This document shows positions 19,643-29,593 of a DNA stretch of 61,658 nt, piece after piece. Position numbers and translations under genes: made by a program. How positions within the stretch are numbered: position 1 is the first letter of the stretch; every line of letters begins with the position of its first letter. The notes beneath the pieces are model-generated. The model did no database searches, was not told the origin of the DNA, and saw nothing but the letters and a program-made list of their open reading frames with translations. Source of the stretch: Candidatus Bathyarchaeota archaeon (GTDB lineage: Archaea; Thermoproteota; Bathyarchaeia; 40CM-2-53-6); assembly GCA_005888755.1 (NCBI GenBank), contig VBBQ01000033.1:17705-79362 (forward strand), read 5' to 3'.

Positions 19643-20869
19643 CTAGGCTCGGATTGAGAGGGTTGATTCGAGCCATCTACGGATGGCGGAGGCGGGGGCC
19701 GAGGATATTCCAAGCAGGGTTGTCTTCCCTCTGAAGCCGGTCGTGGATAGCTGGGTAGAGAGAATGCCTGTAGCGTTCAGGTTCTGAACGTACTTCCAGA
19801 CTTGAGTATGGGCTCGGTATGTTTCTTTGTGCTCTTCGCAAGCCATACGGTACGCTATCTCCACATCGCCCATGGTGGCGTATGTTGCATTGTTTCTCTC
19901 CAAGACCCGTGCTAGTGCTAGGAGTATTAGTTTCTCGTGGAGATTGAGGTGCTGAGAATATTCGGTGCGGAGAACAGGGTACACGCTGTTCGCGGCGGCC
20001 CTGATATGATCAGGCTTCACCTCTCTCGCACCTTCCGTGTCCGCATATTTTCCACCTCTCCAAAGTAGCTCGATGGCGTAGCGAGCATCGCCTCCAAGCG
20101 TGGCCATGTCAGCTACAAAGTTCAGGACTTCTTCAGGAACAGTTGCCTCTTTGAAAGCGAGCTCTGCCCTTTCTCTCAGAATATTTTCCAGCTGTGGAGT
20201 AGTGTAGTGGTCTAGTCGGATGACATTTCGCTGGAGAGTGCTCTGAGTGCTTCTATCTAGATCTTCAAGGTTCTTGAGATCCCGAAGGATGATTATGAGG
20301 GATAGCCTCACCGGCCGGCCAGGACGCTCCTCTTGGATGCGTGTAAGGTTGTAGAGGCTCGTGGAGCCTTCTGCTTTGATGAGCGAGTCCGCCTCATCGA
20401 GGGTGAGGATAATGTGGAGTTTCTTGTCCTCCAGTTGGTCTAACAGGATGTGTAGTAACTCCTCGCTCGAGAAGCCTCTTTGGGGGAACTGGGGCGTGAA
20501 GGTCTGGAGGACCCGTTTGAGGATCATGAAGAGACTGCCCCGATACTCGCGGCAGTTGACGTGGATGTAGGCGAGGTTGAGCTTCAGGGTCTTGGCGGTG
20601 CGTTGCATGTCAGTGCCGAACCGTTGCGTCAGAACAGTCTTACCGGTTCCAATGTCACCGGTGATGAGAACCTTGGGGCTAGTTGTTCCGGGTTTGTCTA
20701 TGACTGACCGGAAGAGTTCTGCGAGGAATCGTAGCTGGTTTTCTCGGTGGGGTAGGCGGGTTGGGAGCCATTCGAGGCTGAGGGGTCCTTCGTCTTTGAA
20801 TATGGTGGGTTTGGAGAGGGCCTCGCGTACTATCTCGGAGGGGGCGGATAGGCTGGTTTTCTCGATCAA
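19643..20869 (-). CDS. cdc6: Orc1/Cdc6 replication initiator
   Basis: PTRLPHRE, GDIGTGKT, HVNC, LDEAD, GDARYAIELL, C-terminal wH with GFRGKT. Confidence 0.95.
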   Translation of the reverse strand: MIEKTSLSAPSEIVREALSKPTIFKDEGPLSLEWLPTRLPHRENQLRFLAELFRSVIDKPGTTSPKVLITGDIGTGKTVLTQRFGTDMQRTAKTLKLNLAYIHVNCREYRGSLFMILKRVLQTFTPQFPQRGFSSEELLHILLDQLEDKKLHIILTLDEADSLIKAEGSTSLYNLTRIQEERPGRPVRLSLIIILRDLKNLEDLDRSTQSTLQRNVIRLDHYTTPQLENILRERAELAFKEATVPEEVLNFVADMATLGGDARYAIELLWRGGKYADTEGAREVKPDHIRAAANSVYPVLRTEYSQHLNLHEKLILLALARVLERNNATYATMGDVEIAYRMACEEHKETYRAHTQVWKYVQNLNATGILSTQLSTTGFRGKTTLLGISSAPASAIRRWLESTLSIRA

Positions 20870-21397
20870 GACGAATACTTACACCTGAAAGCTCTCAAAC
20901 TATACTGATGAACGTATAAAATGAGCAGAGGTGGATAAAAGTAATCAGATTAATGGCCCCAAAGATCCAGGGGAGCGGTTTCGATGATTCGGGAGGTACG
21001 GGTTCTGGGGTCTCATTTCAAGTTCTTCCCAATATTCGGTTACTGGGAAGGGCTGTAGCTATTGTTGCTAGATTGGAATCAACAATGCTGGAATCAGGTT
21101 GCAGACCTGACGTCTAGATGGGAAAGCTGGATAGAAATTGGGCCTTCGCACAACGGCGCCAGTATCGTTCACAGTCCTCGGGTATTCGCGATCGATAACC
21201 AACGCAATTTCGGCCAACAAGGAGCGATATTCGTCACTGTGACCACGATTGTTACAGGGTAGAACTTTGTCCATTGCGATCAATGAGTTGTCTTTCGCTT
21301 TTGCGAACTAAGGGCTCGACGCAGTCGAGGGATTGTGGTCATCGGCAATTTTCAAATACAGTGCAGTTCCGGGTGCTGACGGGATTCATGAGTTCTC

Positions 21398-21871
21398 ATG
21401 TGCAAGCTATCGGATTTTGATTCACTCTCTATGGGGCCTTTGCATCGTTCCTACATTCAAACCGAGTTGAAGATGTGGCACGAAGCCTACCTCCCGGTGG
21501 GGAAGACGGTCTTGGACGTCGGAGCTGGGTGTGGGGAAACGGCGTTCTTCTACTTGAATCACGGTGCTGATCATGTGATCTGCCTCGAGTCTGACCCCGA
21601 AGCTGTGGTCCATCTGAGAAAGAATTTCGGGGGCGACTCAAGGGTCACAATTCTTCCCTTTCATGTAGACTCGATCAAGATAGACGTAGAAGGGAGCGAA
21701 GATGGTATGGTCTTCGAAACCCATTTTCCAGTGAGGTTCAGATCGGTTAGACGATTAGGTCCAGACGTAAGATTGTGGAGGCTGGAAAAGAAATGGTTTT
21801 CTGTTCACAATCTCAGAATCGGAATTGCTCACAAGATAAGAATCACTATCCTGGATAGGTTGGGACTGTAG
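21398..21871 (+). CDS. FkbM-like SAM-dependent methyltransferase (short)
   Basis: VLDVGAGCG, ICLE, IKIDVEGSE motifs. Confidence 0.7.
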   Translation: MCKLSDFDSLSMGPLHRSYIQTELKMWHEAYLPVGKTVLDVGAGCGETAFFYLNHGADHVICLESDPEAVVHLRKNFGGDSRVTILPFHVDSIKIDVEGSEDGMVFETHFPVRFRSVRRLGPDVRLWRLEKKWFSVHNLRIGIAHKIRITILDRLGL

Positions 21872-22056
21872 GGCCTCGCTCGTGAGAAGGCTTAGTCTCT
21901 TCGATCTCAATTCTTGCATCAACTTCCTTCAAGAGGTGGGACTACCATTGCGAGGGTTGTCATATGCAAAGATCTTTCGGAGATAAGCTGAACTATGGAC
22001 CTCTCCGAGAATAGCCTATCATTGTTGCCTCGTGAGGGGGATTCCAGTCGAGGGTT

Positions 22057-23101
22057 TTGATCGTACATCCTCTCATGTCAGCGATGGGTGGTGGGGAAAG
22101 GCTATGCTGCGAAACCATGAGAGCGCTGATCAACCGGGGGGACGAGGTAGCGCTCTTCTCTGGAGACTTCGTGGTTGATCGTCTTGAGAAGTTCTTTGGA
22201 TATGAGGGCCTCTTCAAGCGCATATCCCTCCAAACCTACCCAGCCGATCCCCGCGACAGATTCGGCACATACAAGCATCTTCTTCACCATGTGAAGGCGC
22301 AGAGGAAGCTCGTTTCTGCTGACTCCGATTTTGACCTTGTCTTTTCCACGCAGGATGCTGGTTACATTCCAGACATTTCAAGACCTGTTTTCCAATGGGG
22401 ATACTTTCCGAATGTTTTTCCGAGAGGACTCTACGGGTGGCCTTTGCGAGTGCACTATTCGCGGAAAATCATGCGGATCGGCCTTGTTCTTGCCATAAGT
22501 GAGTATTCCAAAGCGCACTTTGATCAACATGATTCAGCCGGGTCGCTCGAAGGATAACGTAGTCGTCACGGCCGCAAGAGGCGTACCTGAGAAGAACCTT
22601 GAGCTGTTTTGGGAGATTGCTAGACGATGTCCAAATCATGAGTTTGTTCTCCTCTTGACCCTGGATCCGCGCTTCTTGGAATATGCTCGAATCCTTGAGA
22701 GTGCCGCCCCAATGAATGGTCGCGTGATTGTCAATCCTAACAAGCAGATGTATCAAGAGACTCTGGCCAAGTCTAGGATTTACCTTCACCTCATGCATGG
22801 TGAACACTTCGGGATAACGATTGTAGAGTCAATGTCTGCGGGCTGTGTTCCGGTGGTTCACGATAGTGGCGGGCCCAAGGAGATAGTGGGTAGTCTCGGC
22901 CTTCTTTGGCGACAGGTAGACGAAATTCCGAAACTTCTCTCACTCGCCGATGCTTCCTACGAAGCTATGTCCAAACTTTCTATTGAACGCGCGAGAGCCT
23001 TCAGCAGAGAAAAATTCGATGAATCCTTTGGCGAAGTGCTCGAAAGAACAGTCTCAAGATTTCCATCGCACGGCCCAGGTAAAGAAGAGGGATCAAGCTA
23101 G
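22057..23101 (+). pseudogene. GT4 family glycosyltransferase, frame-broken at ~22525
   Basis: IVHP...GGGE N-domain in ORF 22057-22557; EKN and EHFGITIVESMSAGCVPVVH in ORF 22499-23101. Confidence 0.8.
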
Positions 23102-23817
23102 GTCCCTTGCGAAAGTGATCTGAGGGGCCGCTTCATGCCGAGTCTTGTTCTGACTTTGATGGTCGTTCGAAGCCGTTTGATCAAGGATCGGTTTGCGATT
23201 TCGCTTGGGGTCTCTCGCAAGGCCTTCACGTTGAGAGTCACATAGCTCTGAATACCCGGACACTGACACAGGTAGTTGACCTCGTTTCCAGCTTCTGGAA
23301 AGGGTTCTGGAACGCCATACCCTCGTTGTTCCCAAACCCACCTCGGGTAAAGGGTGAACCCACCGCAGCCGCGAACACTTTCCCAGCCTTCGGGCAGTCC
23401 TTCATGTTTCGGATAGTAGTCGTATTTCCTGTCTTTCATTTCCGGGGTGGCCCATGTGTCCCAGTACCTTACCTTCAAAGGGACCCGCGAGTAATCCGGG
23501 AACCAGTTTGTCGCTCCGAGAATACACTCCGCCTCGTAGTCGGAGTACTCCTTGACTAAGTGCCGTATCTCGTTCATGCTGGTTAGATAGTAACTGTCGA
23601 TGCTTAGGAAGTGTTCAGCGTCTGGGTTCAGTTCCAGAGCTCGTCTATGGGCCATATTCCGACGCACGGCCAAGTATTGTATTCTTTCTCTGGTCTTCAC
23701 GGGAGGATAGTGTGGAAAGTCCTTGAATCCTTCAGTAAGGCAGTAGAACGGAATCTCTGGAATACTCCAATCTTCTTGCTTTCCGCTGATACAAACTGCA
23801 ACGATGCTCCGTTTCAT
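23098..23817 (-). CDS. Hypothetical protein, possible GT-A fold glycosyltransferase
   Basis: LAVRRN, FLSIDS and VRGCGGFTLYP resemble GT-A motifs; glycan-gene context. Confidence 0.5.
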   Translation of the reverse strand: MKRSIVAVCISGKQEDWSIPEIPFYCLTEGFKDFPHYPPVKTRERIQYLAVRRNMAHRRALELNPDAEHFLSIDSYYLTSMNEIRHLVKEYSDYEAECILGATNWFPDYSRVPLKVRYWDTWATPEMKDRKYDYYPKHEGLPEGWESVRGCGGFTLYPRWVWEQRGYGVPEPFPEAGNEVNYLCQCPGIQSYVTLNVKALRETPSEIANRSLIKRLRTTIKVRTRLGMKRPLRSLSQGT

Positions 23818-23968
23818 CTGTGCCGTCTCACCGAAAGCTGTGATATCATTGGTTGCTCAGAGAGATTTCATTGTCATTTCAACGCCATTCCGATTCAGGC
23901 AAAGCTGTCCCGGGGTTTGACCATGGGGTAGCATCGAATTGTTTTCGTTCTAGGACTTAAACTCCGAA

Positions 23969-25267
23969 TTACTTTCGGCTATCTTGTGGGTCCTTGGTAT
24001 TTTGAGTCACTATTCTGAATTTTGGTAACGGGACGATGAACTTGCCTCCAGAGCGCAGATAATCACTCTCCTGTCTTCTGATCTCATCTAGGAAGTGATG
24101 TGGGAGAACGAGAAAATAGTCAGGCTTATCCTTTCGTGCCTCCTCTTTCGAGACAATTGGGATTCCGGTTCCTGGTGTCTTTCGTCCCCACTTCTCGGGG
24201 TTCGCGTCCGTCGCCTTCTCGATCAGATAGTGATCAAGTTTGCAATACTGCAGAATGGTGTTCCCTCGTGTCGAGGCACCATAAACATAGATCCTCTTGC
24301 CATCGTCGACTTCCTTTGCGATGAATCTCTTCAATTGTAGACTTACTGTTCGGACATTCTTGGCAAATTGCGTGTAAATCGAAGGCCGCCTCGAAAACAG
24401 CCTCTCTTCATAAGCTTTCAATCTCAGGAGTCTTTCATTCAGCGGAAACGTGCCCTTATGGGAAACGTACGCGCGGAAACTACCCCCGTTTACGTCATTT
24501 GTCTCTACGTCAAAGATCTCGAGATCTTGCCCCGTCAATAGTAGGTCGAGCGTCTCGAGAGAATAGTAGGTAAGGTGCTCATGTCCGATGTTATCGAATC
24601 CGTTTTGCTCCAGCATCGTAGGTAGATAGTTTTGTTGAATAACCCAAACCCCGTGAGGGTCAAGAATTCTTGAGGCATCGATCACAAAACTTGTAGGATC
24701 GTCGAGGTCGTAGAACATGGCAATGCTGGTTACAATCTTCGCCTTTGAATCAGGGAACTTCTCTCTGAATAAGGCGAATCTGAAGTAGTCATTGAAAACG
24801 TAGTCTGTTCCCTTGCTCGCATCTTCGACGAGGTTCTTCGCGGGTTCAAATCCAACTCTACGTAAACCCGGTGGCTTGTAAGCGCGGAGAAGGGTACCGT
24901 CGTTACATCCAACATCTACTACTATGTCACCTTTTGCGGGGTTCGCGATCTTGCAGGCTTTTTCGACTATGTCCTCCAGCGCTTTCCTCATTGTGGAGCT
25001 AATTCCTGAACGATACCAGTAATGACGATAGAGTGAATCTCGTGGAAATGTGTGCTTTAACTGAACTAGGCTGCAGTCGACGCATCGGACCAGTTCGAGG
25101 GGCGATCGAGGGCTGTCTCCTTTGGCGGTCATGAAATCAGAGACGTGTTGGTTACCTAACGAAACCAAACGTATGAATTTTTCCGAATGGCATAACCTGC
25201 ATTTTGTTATCGGGACAGCGATGAGGCCCAAGGGTTCTCCTGTCTCTTTGTTAGAGGAAGCCCGCAA
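23969..25267 (-). CDS. NDP-hexose C-methyltransferase (Zn-binding, SAM and C-terminal domains)
   Basis: CRLC...CVDC, YWYRSG, DVGCNDGTLL, FDNIGHEHLTYY, NGGS, YGASTRGNT; true start may be a few codons downstream. Confidence 0.88.
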   Translation of the reverse strand: MRASSNKETGEPLGLIAVPITKCRLCHSEKFIRLVSLGNQHVSDFMTAKGDSPRSPLELVRCVDCSLVQLKHTFPRDSLYRHYWYRSGISSTMRKALEDIVEKACKIANPAKGDIVVDVGCNDGTLLRAYKPPGLRRVGFEPAKNLVEDASKGTDYVFNDYFRFALFREKFPDSKAKIVTSIAMFYDLDDPTSFVIDASRILDPHGVWVIQQNYLPTMLEQNGFDNIGHEHLTYYSLETLDLLLTGQDLEIFDVETNDVNGGSFRAYVSHKGTFPLNERLLRLKAYEERLFSRRPSIYTQFAKNVRTVSLQLKRFIAKEVDDGKRIYVYGASTRGNTILQYCKLDHYLIEKATDANPEKWGRKTPGTGIPIVSKEEARKDKPDYFLVLPHHFLDEIRRQESDYLRSGGKFIVPLPKFRIVTQNTKDPQDSRK

Positions 25268-25465
25268 TAGAATACCTTACACTTCAAATGTCGTCTATAA
25301 ACTACTGGATAGAAGCGAGGAATTTCGGAATCCACTTTTTGGAACCTAGCGCATGTCAATGAAACTTCGGATTGAGAGAAGCGCATTCCTCTACTGAGGA
25401 GTCCGAGGGATGAGGGTCTTCGCTAGAAGATTATTATCTTCTTTGGGACAGAGGCTGTAGTCAAC

Positions 25466-25813
25466 ATGCCAACCATAGAAGAGCTCGCATCAAAGAAATC
25501 CATTGAGCGCAAGGGCGTACCACCGATGACTAAGCGGGAGGCTGGACAGCTTGTGGGAGTTCTCACCGGGTGGAGTCTGATGGACGGTTCGATCGAGAAA
25601 GAGTTTCATTTCAAATCCTATCTAGACGGCTTGGATTTTGCCTATTCCGTGGGGAAGATTGCCGAAGAACAAGATCATCATCCCGACATTCTGATCAGAT
25701 GGAGACGTGTGAAGCTGACCCTATCTACTCACTCTGTAAAAGGTTTGAGCGAAAATGACTTCATCGTGGCTGCGAAAGCCGAGCTCAAGCATCGTGAATC
25801 TGGCTTTGATTGA
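25466..25813 (+). CDS. Pterin-4-alpha-carbinolamine dehydratase
   Basis: AEEQDHHPDI, LSTHSVKGLSENDF. Confidence 0.92.
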   Translation: MPTIEELASKKSIERKGVPPMTKREAGQLVGVLTGWSLMDGSIEKEFHFKSYLDGLDFAYSVGKIAEEQDHHPDILIRWRRVKLTLSTHSVKGLSENDFIVAAKAELKHRESGFD

Positions 25814-25840
25814 GTCTAGGCTCGCTCGATTATGGCTCGA

Positions 25841-27244
25841 TTAGGTTACAGACTGCTCTTGATCAACCTTGCCTCTGAAGACGCCCTTTCGCCACACCAC
25901 CGCCGCAACCCCTACTACTCCAGTTAGGGCGACCGCGGTCGTTGTCAAAGCAGGTCCTTGTGCGCTCAGCCAGGTTGGTTTCACTTCAAACGTTGTCAGT
26001 GCCGATGTATCTTGGACATTTGCTACGTGAGCTTTTGCTACGACAGCGTATGTTCCTATGGGTCCGGCTGTGGGAATTGCGTACGCCGACTTGAACACGC
26101 CACCGCCGATGAAGGTACTGGTAAGGGTGACGTTAGATCCGTCAGGTCTCGTTAGAGTTAGTTGTAATCGAAGCGTCGTAGAGTTGAGAGGTGTCCCGCT
26201 GAGGGTCGCCAGCGTGTATACTGTGGCTGTGTCTCCTGGAAAGTAGAGCGTCCCAACATCTACGTTGATCGCTAACGTATCGATTCGTGTAACGGTGAAA
26301 TTTGCGACGGCTGATATTCCGTTGATCGGGTCAGTTGCCTTGACTAGGTGTGGTCCTGGTTGAGCATCCGGAACGTTAAAGGTGAATGTGAAAGTTCCAT
26401 TTGTGAGGCTTGCAATACCGAGGAATACATCGTCGAAAGTCACTTCGACCTGAAACGAGGGAATCCCAAACCCTTGCACCGACACCTTTGTTCCAATCGG
26501 CCCGGTTCTTGGGTTAATTTGGATTGAGGGAATTACAAAGAATCCACCGAATGCAACTCCCGCCGGATTCCCAGCGTAATTGCTTGGGCAACACCCCCCG
26601 AAGGGCCCATTCTCTGCCCGAATTGTTAAGATATTCGAACCGGCCTTCAGGAAAGGTGTAAGGTTGAAAGTGGTCAAGGAGGCTTGAGCCTGTATGGCGG
26701 TTGAATAATCTGAGACGCTTCCTATGCTTCCTATGACGTGCCCGTTGACATGAACCTCTGCAAAATCATCAGCCGCAATTGAAATCAGACCGATAGGCTT
26801 GGTCCCATTTAGTTGGAAGGTCCTGGAGAAGAAGAACTGGTTGAACTCGGCAGGAGTCGTCGATCCATTGATGTTGGGGGCCCATATCCAATGGGCGTCA
26901 GGAATCGAGGACAGGTCAGCGATCCAGCCACCGGTACTATGTCCATAGATCGTAGCCCCCGCGGGGCAAGATGCAGGAACAGAGGGGGTCAGACAGACAA
27001 ACTGAGCAAAACCAAGGGACGTCGCCGACCCTAGAGCCGGGTCGGCATTGTAAGCCTGCCAGCCTGTATCCGAGACAAATGTGACTGGTCCAGTCGTCCC
27101 AGAGGAACTTGCATGAGGAATCAAAGATGGTAAAACTAGAGTAACCAAGAAGAGTGCAACTAGTATCGAGATACTCTCGAATTTTCTCGTTGCTCCCGCC
27201 GGCCTACCGTTCGCTACTCTTGCGTAGATTAAAATCTTCCGCAA
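25841..27244 (-). CDS. Secreted, C-terminally anchored multidomain surface protein
   Basis: Signal-like hydrophobic N-segment, jelly-roll-like ADDFAEVHVNG region, Ig/TIG-like PRTGPIGTKVSV, C-terminal TM followed by basic residues. Confidence 0.75.
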   Translation of the reverse strand: MRKILIYARVANGRPAGATRKFESISILVALFLVTLVLPSLIPHASSSGTTGPVTFVSDTGWQAYNADPALGSATSLGFAQFVCLTPSVPASCPAGATIYGHSTGGWIADLSSIPDAHWIWAPNINGSTTPAEFNQFFFSRTFQLNGTKPIGLISIAADDFAEVHVNGHVIGSIGSVSDYSTAIQAQASLTTFNLTPFLKAGSNILTIRAENGPFGGCCPSNYAGNPAGVAFGGFFVIPSIQINPRTGPIGTKVSVQGFGIPSFQVEVTFDDVFLGIASLTNGTFTFTFNVPDAQPGPHLVKATDPINGISAVANFTVTRIDTLAINVDVGTLYFPGDTATVYTLATLSGTPLNSTTLRLQLTLTRPDGSNVTLTSTFIGGGVFKSAYAIPTAGPIGTYAVVAKAHVANVQDTSALTTFEVKPTWLSAQGPALTTTAVALTGVVGVAAVVWRKGVFRGKVDQEQSVT

Positions 27245-27405
27245 ATTGACTAGGAAGTTTCATCGTAACTACGCCTCGTAAGGCAGATTCTAAGTGCCAA
27301 GAACCAGATGAAATCGGTCGAGTTCACTAGACGTCCCTCTGAAATCGACCTTGCGCTCCTCGTAGACTTCAGAATCGGATGTTCTTGGGTCCGATCTTCC
27401 TTTGT

Positions 27406-27600
27406 TTATCTTCGGGCCTTTAGAACCTCTTCGACTGCCTTGAGTCTGTTCTCGACCGCAGTTAGACGGTCAAGTATTTCCTTGAGAATTCTAATACTTT
27501 CGTCGTTTCTAGAAATGTACTGGCTCGAAGGTCTCAGGGGTGACGGAATCGGTTCAATCGGCGTAGGATGAAGCGGGTCAAACGGTCGCCTAGGTTCCAT
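27406..27600 (-). CDS. Small protein with Pro-rich N-terminus and coiled-coil C-terminus
   Basis: MEPRRPFDPLHPTPIEPIPSP...ILKEILDRLTAVENRLKAVEEVL heptad pattern. Confidence 0.6.
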   Translation of the reverse strand: MEPRRPFDPLHPTPIEPIPSPLRPSSQYISRNDESIRILKEILDRLTAVENRLKAVEEVLKARR

Positions 27601-27711
27601 TTGTGCTCTATCATACCACACACTTGGTTTTGACTATTTCTAGATGCTTCTGTACCCTCAATCGGCCGTAATCTGAAAGAATTATAGGAGGAGATTCGGA
27701 CGGTTGATCCC

Positions 27712-28176
27712 ATGAACTTTGAACGTATGATCTTCAGAAGCTGGTTCTATCTGAGAGTCGGCTATGGCATTTACATAGCTTTCCTTATTGGCTTTGTGAG
27801 CAACATCATCGTAATCTACAAACTGGCGATAGCCGACACGTCGTTGGTGTCGGTCTTTCCACACTTGACAGAATTTGCCATTCTTGCTGTCCTGATCGCT
27901 TCTCCGCTTAGCGTCATAATCGGTCTATACCATATGCGCCGGACCGCAGCGTTCGCTGCCGACGCTACGGTTTCAATGGAGGCTAATCCCTACGTATACA
28001 AGATCATTCCAGGAAAGGAGCGAGAGGTAACCATTCCTCTCTCAATAATGACAGCACGGGTTCTGCTGAAGCTGGCCGGGGACAAGTTAACGCCTGAAGA
28101 GAAACAAGAGCTCGAAGAGGTTCTCGCGAAGGCTGACAAGTTGCTCCTCGGCCATTCTGTAGGATTGAAGAAATAG
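27712..28176 (+). CDS. Hypothetical membrane protein (2 TM)
   Basis: Two hydrophobic helices and a soluble C-terminus; fills the gap. Confidence 0.7.
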   Translation: MNFERMIFRSWFYLRVGYGIYIAFLIGFVSNIIVIYKLAIADTSLVSVFPHLTEFAILAVLIASPLSVIIGLYHMRRTAAFAADATVSMEANPYVYKIIPGKEREVTIPLSIMTARVLLKLAGDKLTPEEKQELEEVLAKADKLLLGHSVGLKK

Positions 28177-28251
28177 ACACTCTCATCCTAGAGACGCAAG
28201 ATCCAGAGCTGACCCAGGCCCGCCCTAGGCCTTGAGCGCTTCTGTCTGGAT

Positions 28252-28704
28252 CTAGCCGAAGTATTTGCGGACCATCTTGACCCCGACATCGCTCGCGGCC
28301 CATTTTTCGCCATTGAACTTGACCGCTCCCAGCCTCTCAAGATTGGCCAGATGCTCTCCAAGCTTCTCGGCGGGGAATCCTTTCTCCTTGTGTCCCGGGT
28401 AGACGTCACCTAGGGCTTTCGCGACCTCTTTTGCGCTCTTAGGGGTCTCGCAGATCCTGACGATCTGTATGTTCACTTCGGTCGTGGTGAGGATCCGGAA
28501 TATTTCTTCTTCTGAGAGGCGGGGTTTTGTGAGGCTGAAGCTGACCGCTCCTGAGGCTTGCGATGGACCGGTCTTCGGCCCGTGTCTCCTTCGGCGGATG
28601 ATTCTGTAACCGATCGCTCCCCAGGTCGCGGCGAGGATTGACCAGAGGAAGGTCGGGTTCGCCAGAAGGCCGATGATGTCTTCGAATTGTAAGGTCATTA
28701 TCAT
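28252..28704 (-). CDS. Membrane-anchored winged-helix protein
   Basis: N-terminal TM followed by RRRRH, then PKSAKEVAKAL...EHLANLERLGAVKF wHTH pattern. Confidence 0.65.
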   Translation of the reverse strand: MIMTLQFEDIIGLLANPTFLWSILAATWGAIGYRIIRRRRHGPKTGPSQASGAVSFSLTKPRLSEEEIFRILTTTEVNIQIVRICETPKSAKEVAKALGDVYPGHKEKGFPAEKLGEHLANLERLGAVKFNGEKWAASDVGVKMVRKYFG

Positions 28705-28709
28705 TTTTC

Positions 28710-29420
28710 TTATCGCACCCTGTGTAGTGCTGCCATCTCTATTCCCGCTGGGCCTACGCGATACGCGTAGACTTTCATGTCCCCTAGTGCTCCTGGCATT
28801 TTCAATACTCGCATTTTCCTCGCATAATCTTCACTCCCGAACGGTTCCGTTGACAAGTCAACAACACCATCACTCAAGTGCTGAACAGTATTCTCAATAT
28901 GCTCAGTGTGAATCCCCTTCGAAGCCAGCAATAATGCCAGCCCTCCAGTGGATCTAACGTGATTTTGTAAGATTTTCAAAGTCTGCTCTACGGCCGGAAA
29001 AGGTGCCGAACGGATAATATCGCTCAAGCTATCAATCACTATTGTGGTTGTTCCTAGAGGTGTGATGACACGTGGAAACTCTTTGGCAAGAAGGTTGGCG
29101 GGGCCGATGTCCCACGATACCTCGCCAGAGATCTTCTCCTTCTTCATGCTGAAGCTGTCGATGAACCACATCTTTCTCTTCTCAAAATAGCTGTCAAGGC
29201 TCCAGCCGAACACGGCCATCTCCCCCACAACATCCTCCCACGACCGTCCAGTTGTGAAGTAGACCGCTGGCCTCCCTTCTTTGAGGCCCTGGTAGAGTAT
29301 CTGTTCGGCACAAGTAGTCATTCCGGTATCCGCCTCCCCCAGAAACGTGATTATGCTGCCTGAGGGCAGGCCGCCGATCGACTCGTCAAACGCTCCAATT
29401 CCGCTTCTAATATTCGCCAT
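28710..29420 (-). CDS. KaiC/RecA-superfamily ATPase, catalytically degenerate
   Basis: SGIGAFDESIGGLP, Walker A GEADTGMTT (no Lys), IVIDSLS, KMPG. Confidence 0.85.
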   Translation of the reverse strand: MANIRSGIGAFDESIGGLPSGSIITFLGEADTGMTTCAEQILYQGLKEGRPAVYFTTGRSWEDVVGEMAVFGWSLDSYFEKRKMWFIDSFSMKKEKISGEVSWDIGPANLLAKEFPRVITPLGTTTIVIDSLSDIIRSAPFPAVEQTLKILQNHVRSTGGLALLLASKGIHTEHIENTVQHLSDGVVDLSTEPFGSEDYARKMRVLKMPGALGDMKVYAYRVGPAGIEMAALHRVR

Positions 29421-29593
29421 TTTTTCTCTACACCTGTTGCTTTCGGTCCTGTCTGTTCGGGTACTGGTCCTGGTACCCTTGCTGGTATCCTGCTTCGTCG
29501 GGGGTTGTTTGTTCCACTTGAACCCCTTGTTCCACTACCTCTGCCTCTTGGGATACTGGGATGTTACCTCTCGCGACTTCTTCGGTGCCCGTG

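Noticed and set aside
21062-21310. Short ORFs between cdc6 and the methyltransferase
   Set aside because: No recognisable motifs; possibly an eroded fragment but unsupported
24841-24860. GGTTCAAATCC resembling a tRNA T-loop
   Set aside because: Lies inside the C-methyltransferase CDS and has no cloverleaf context
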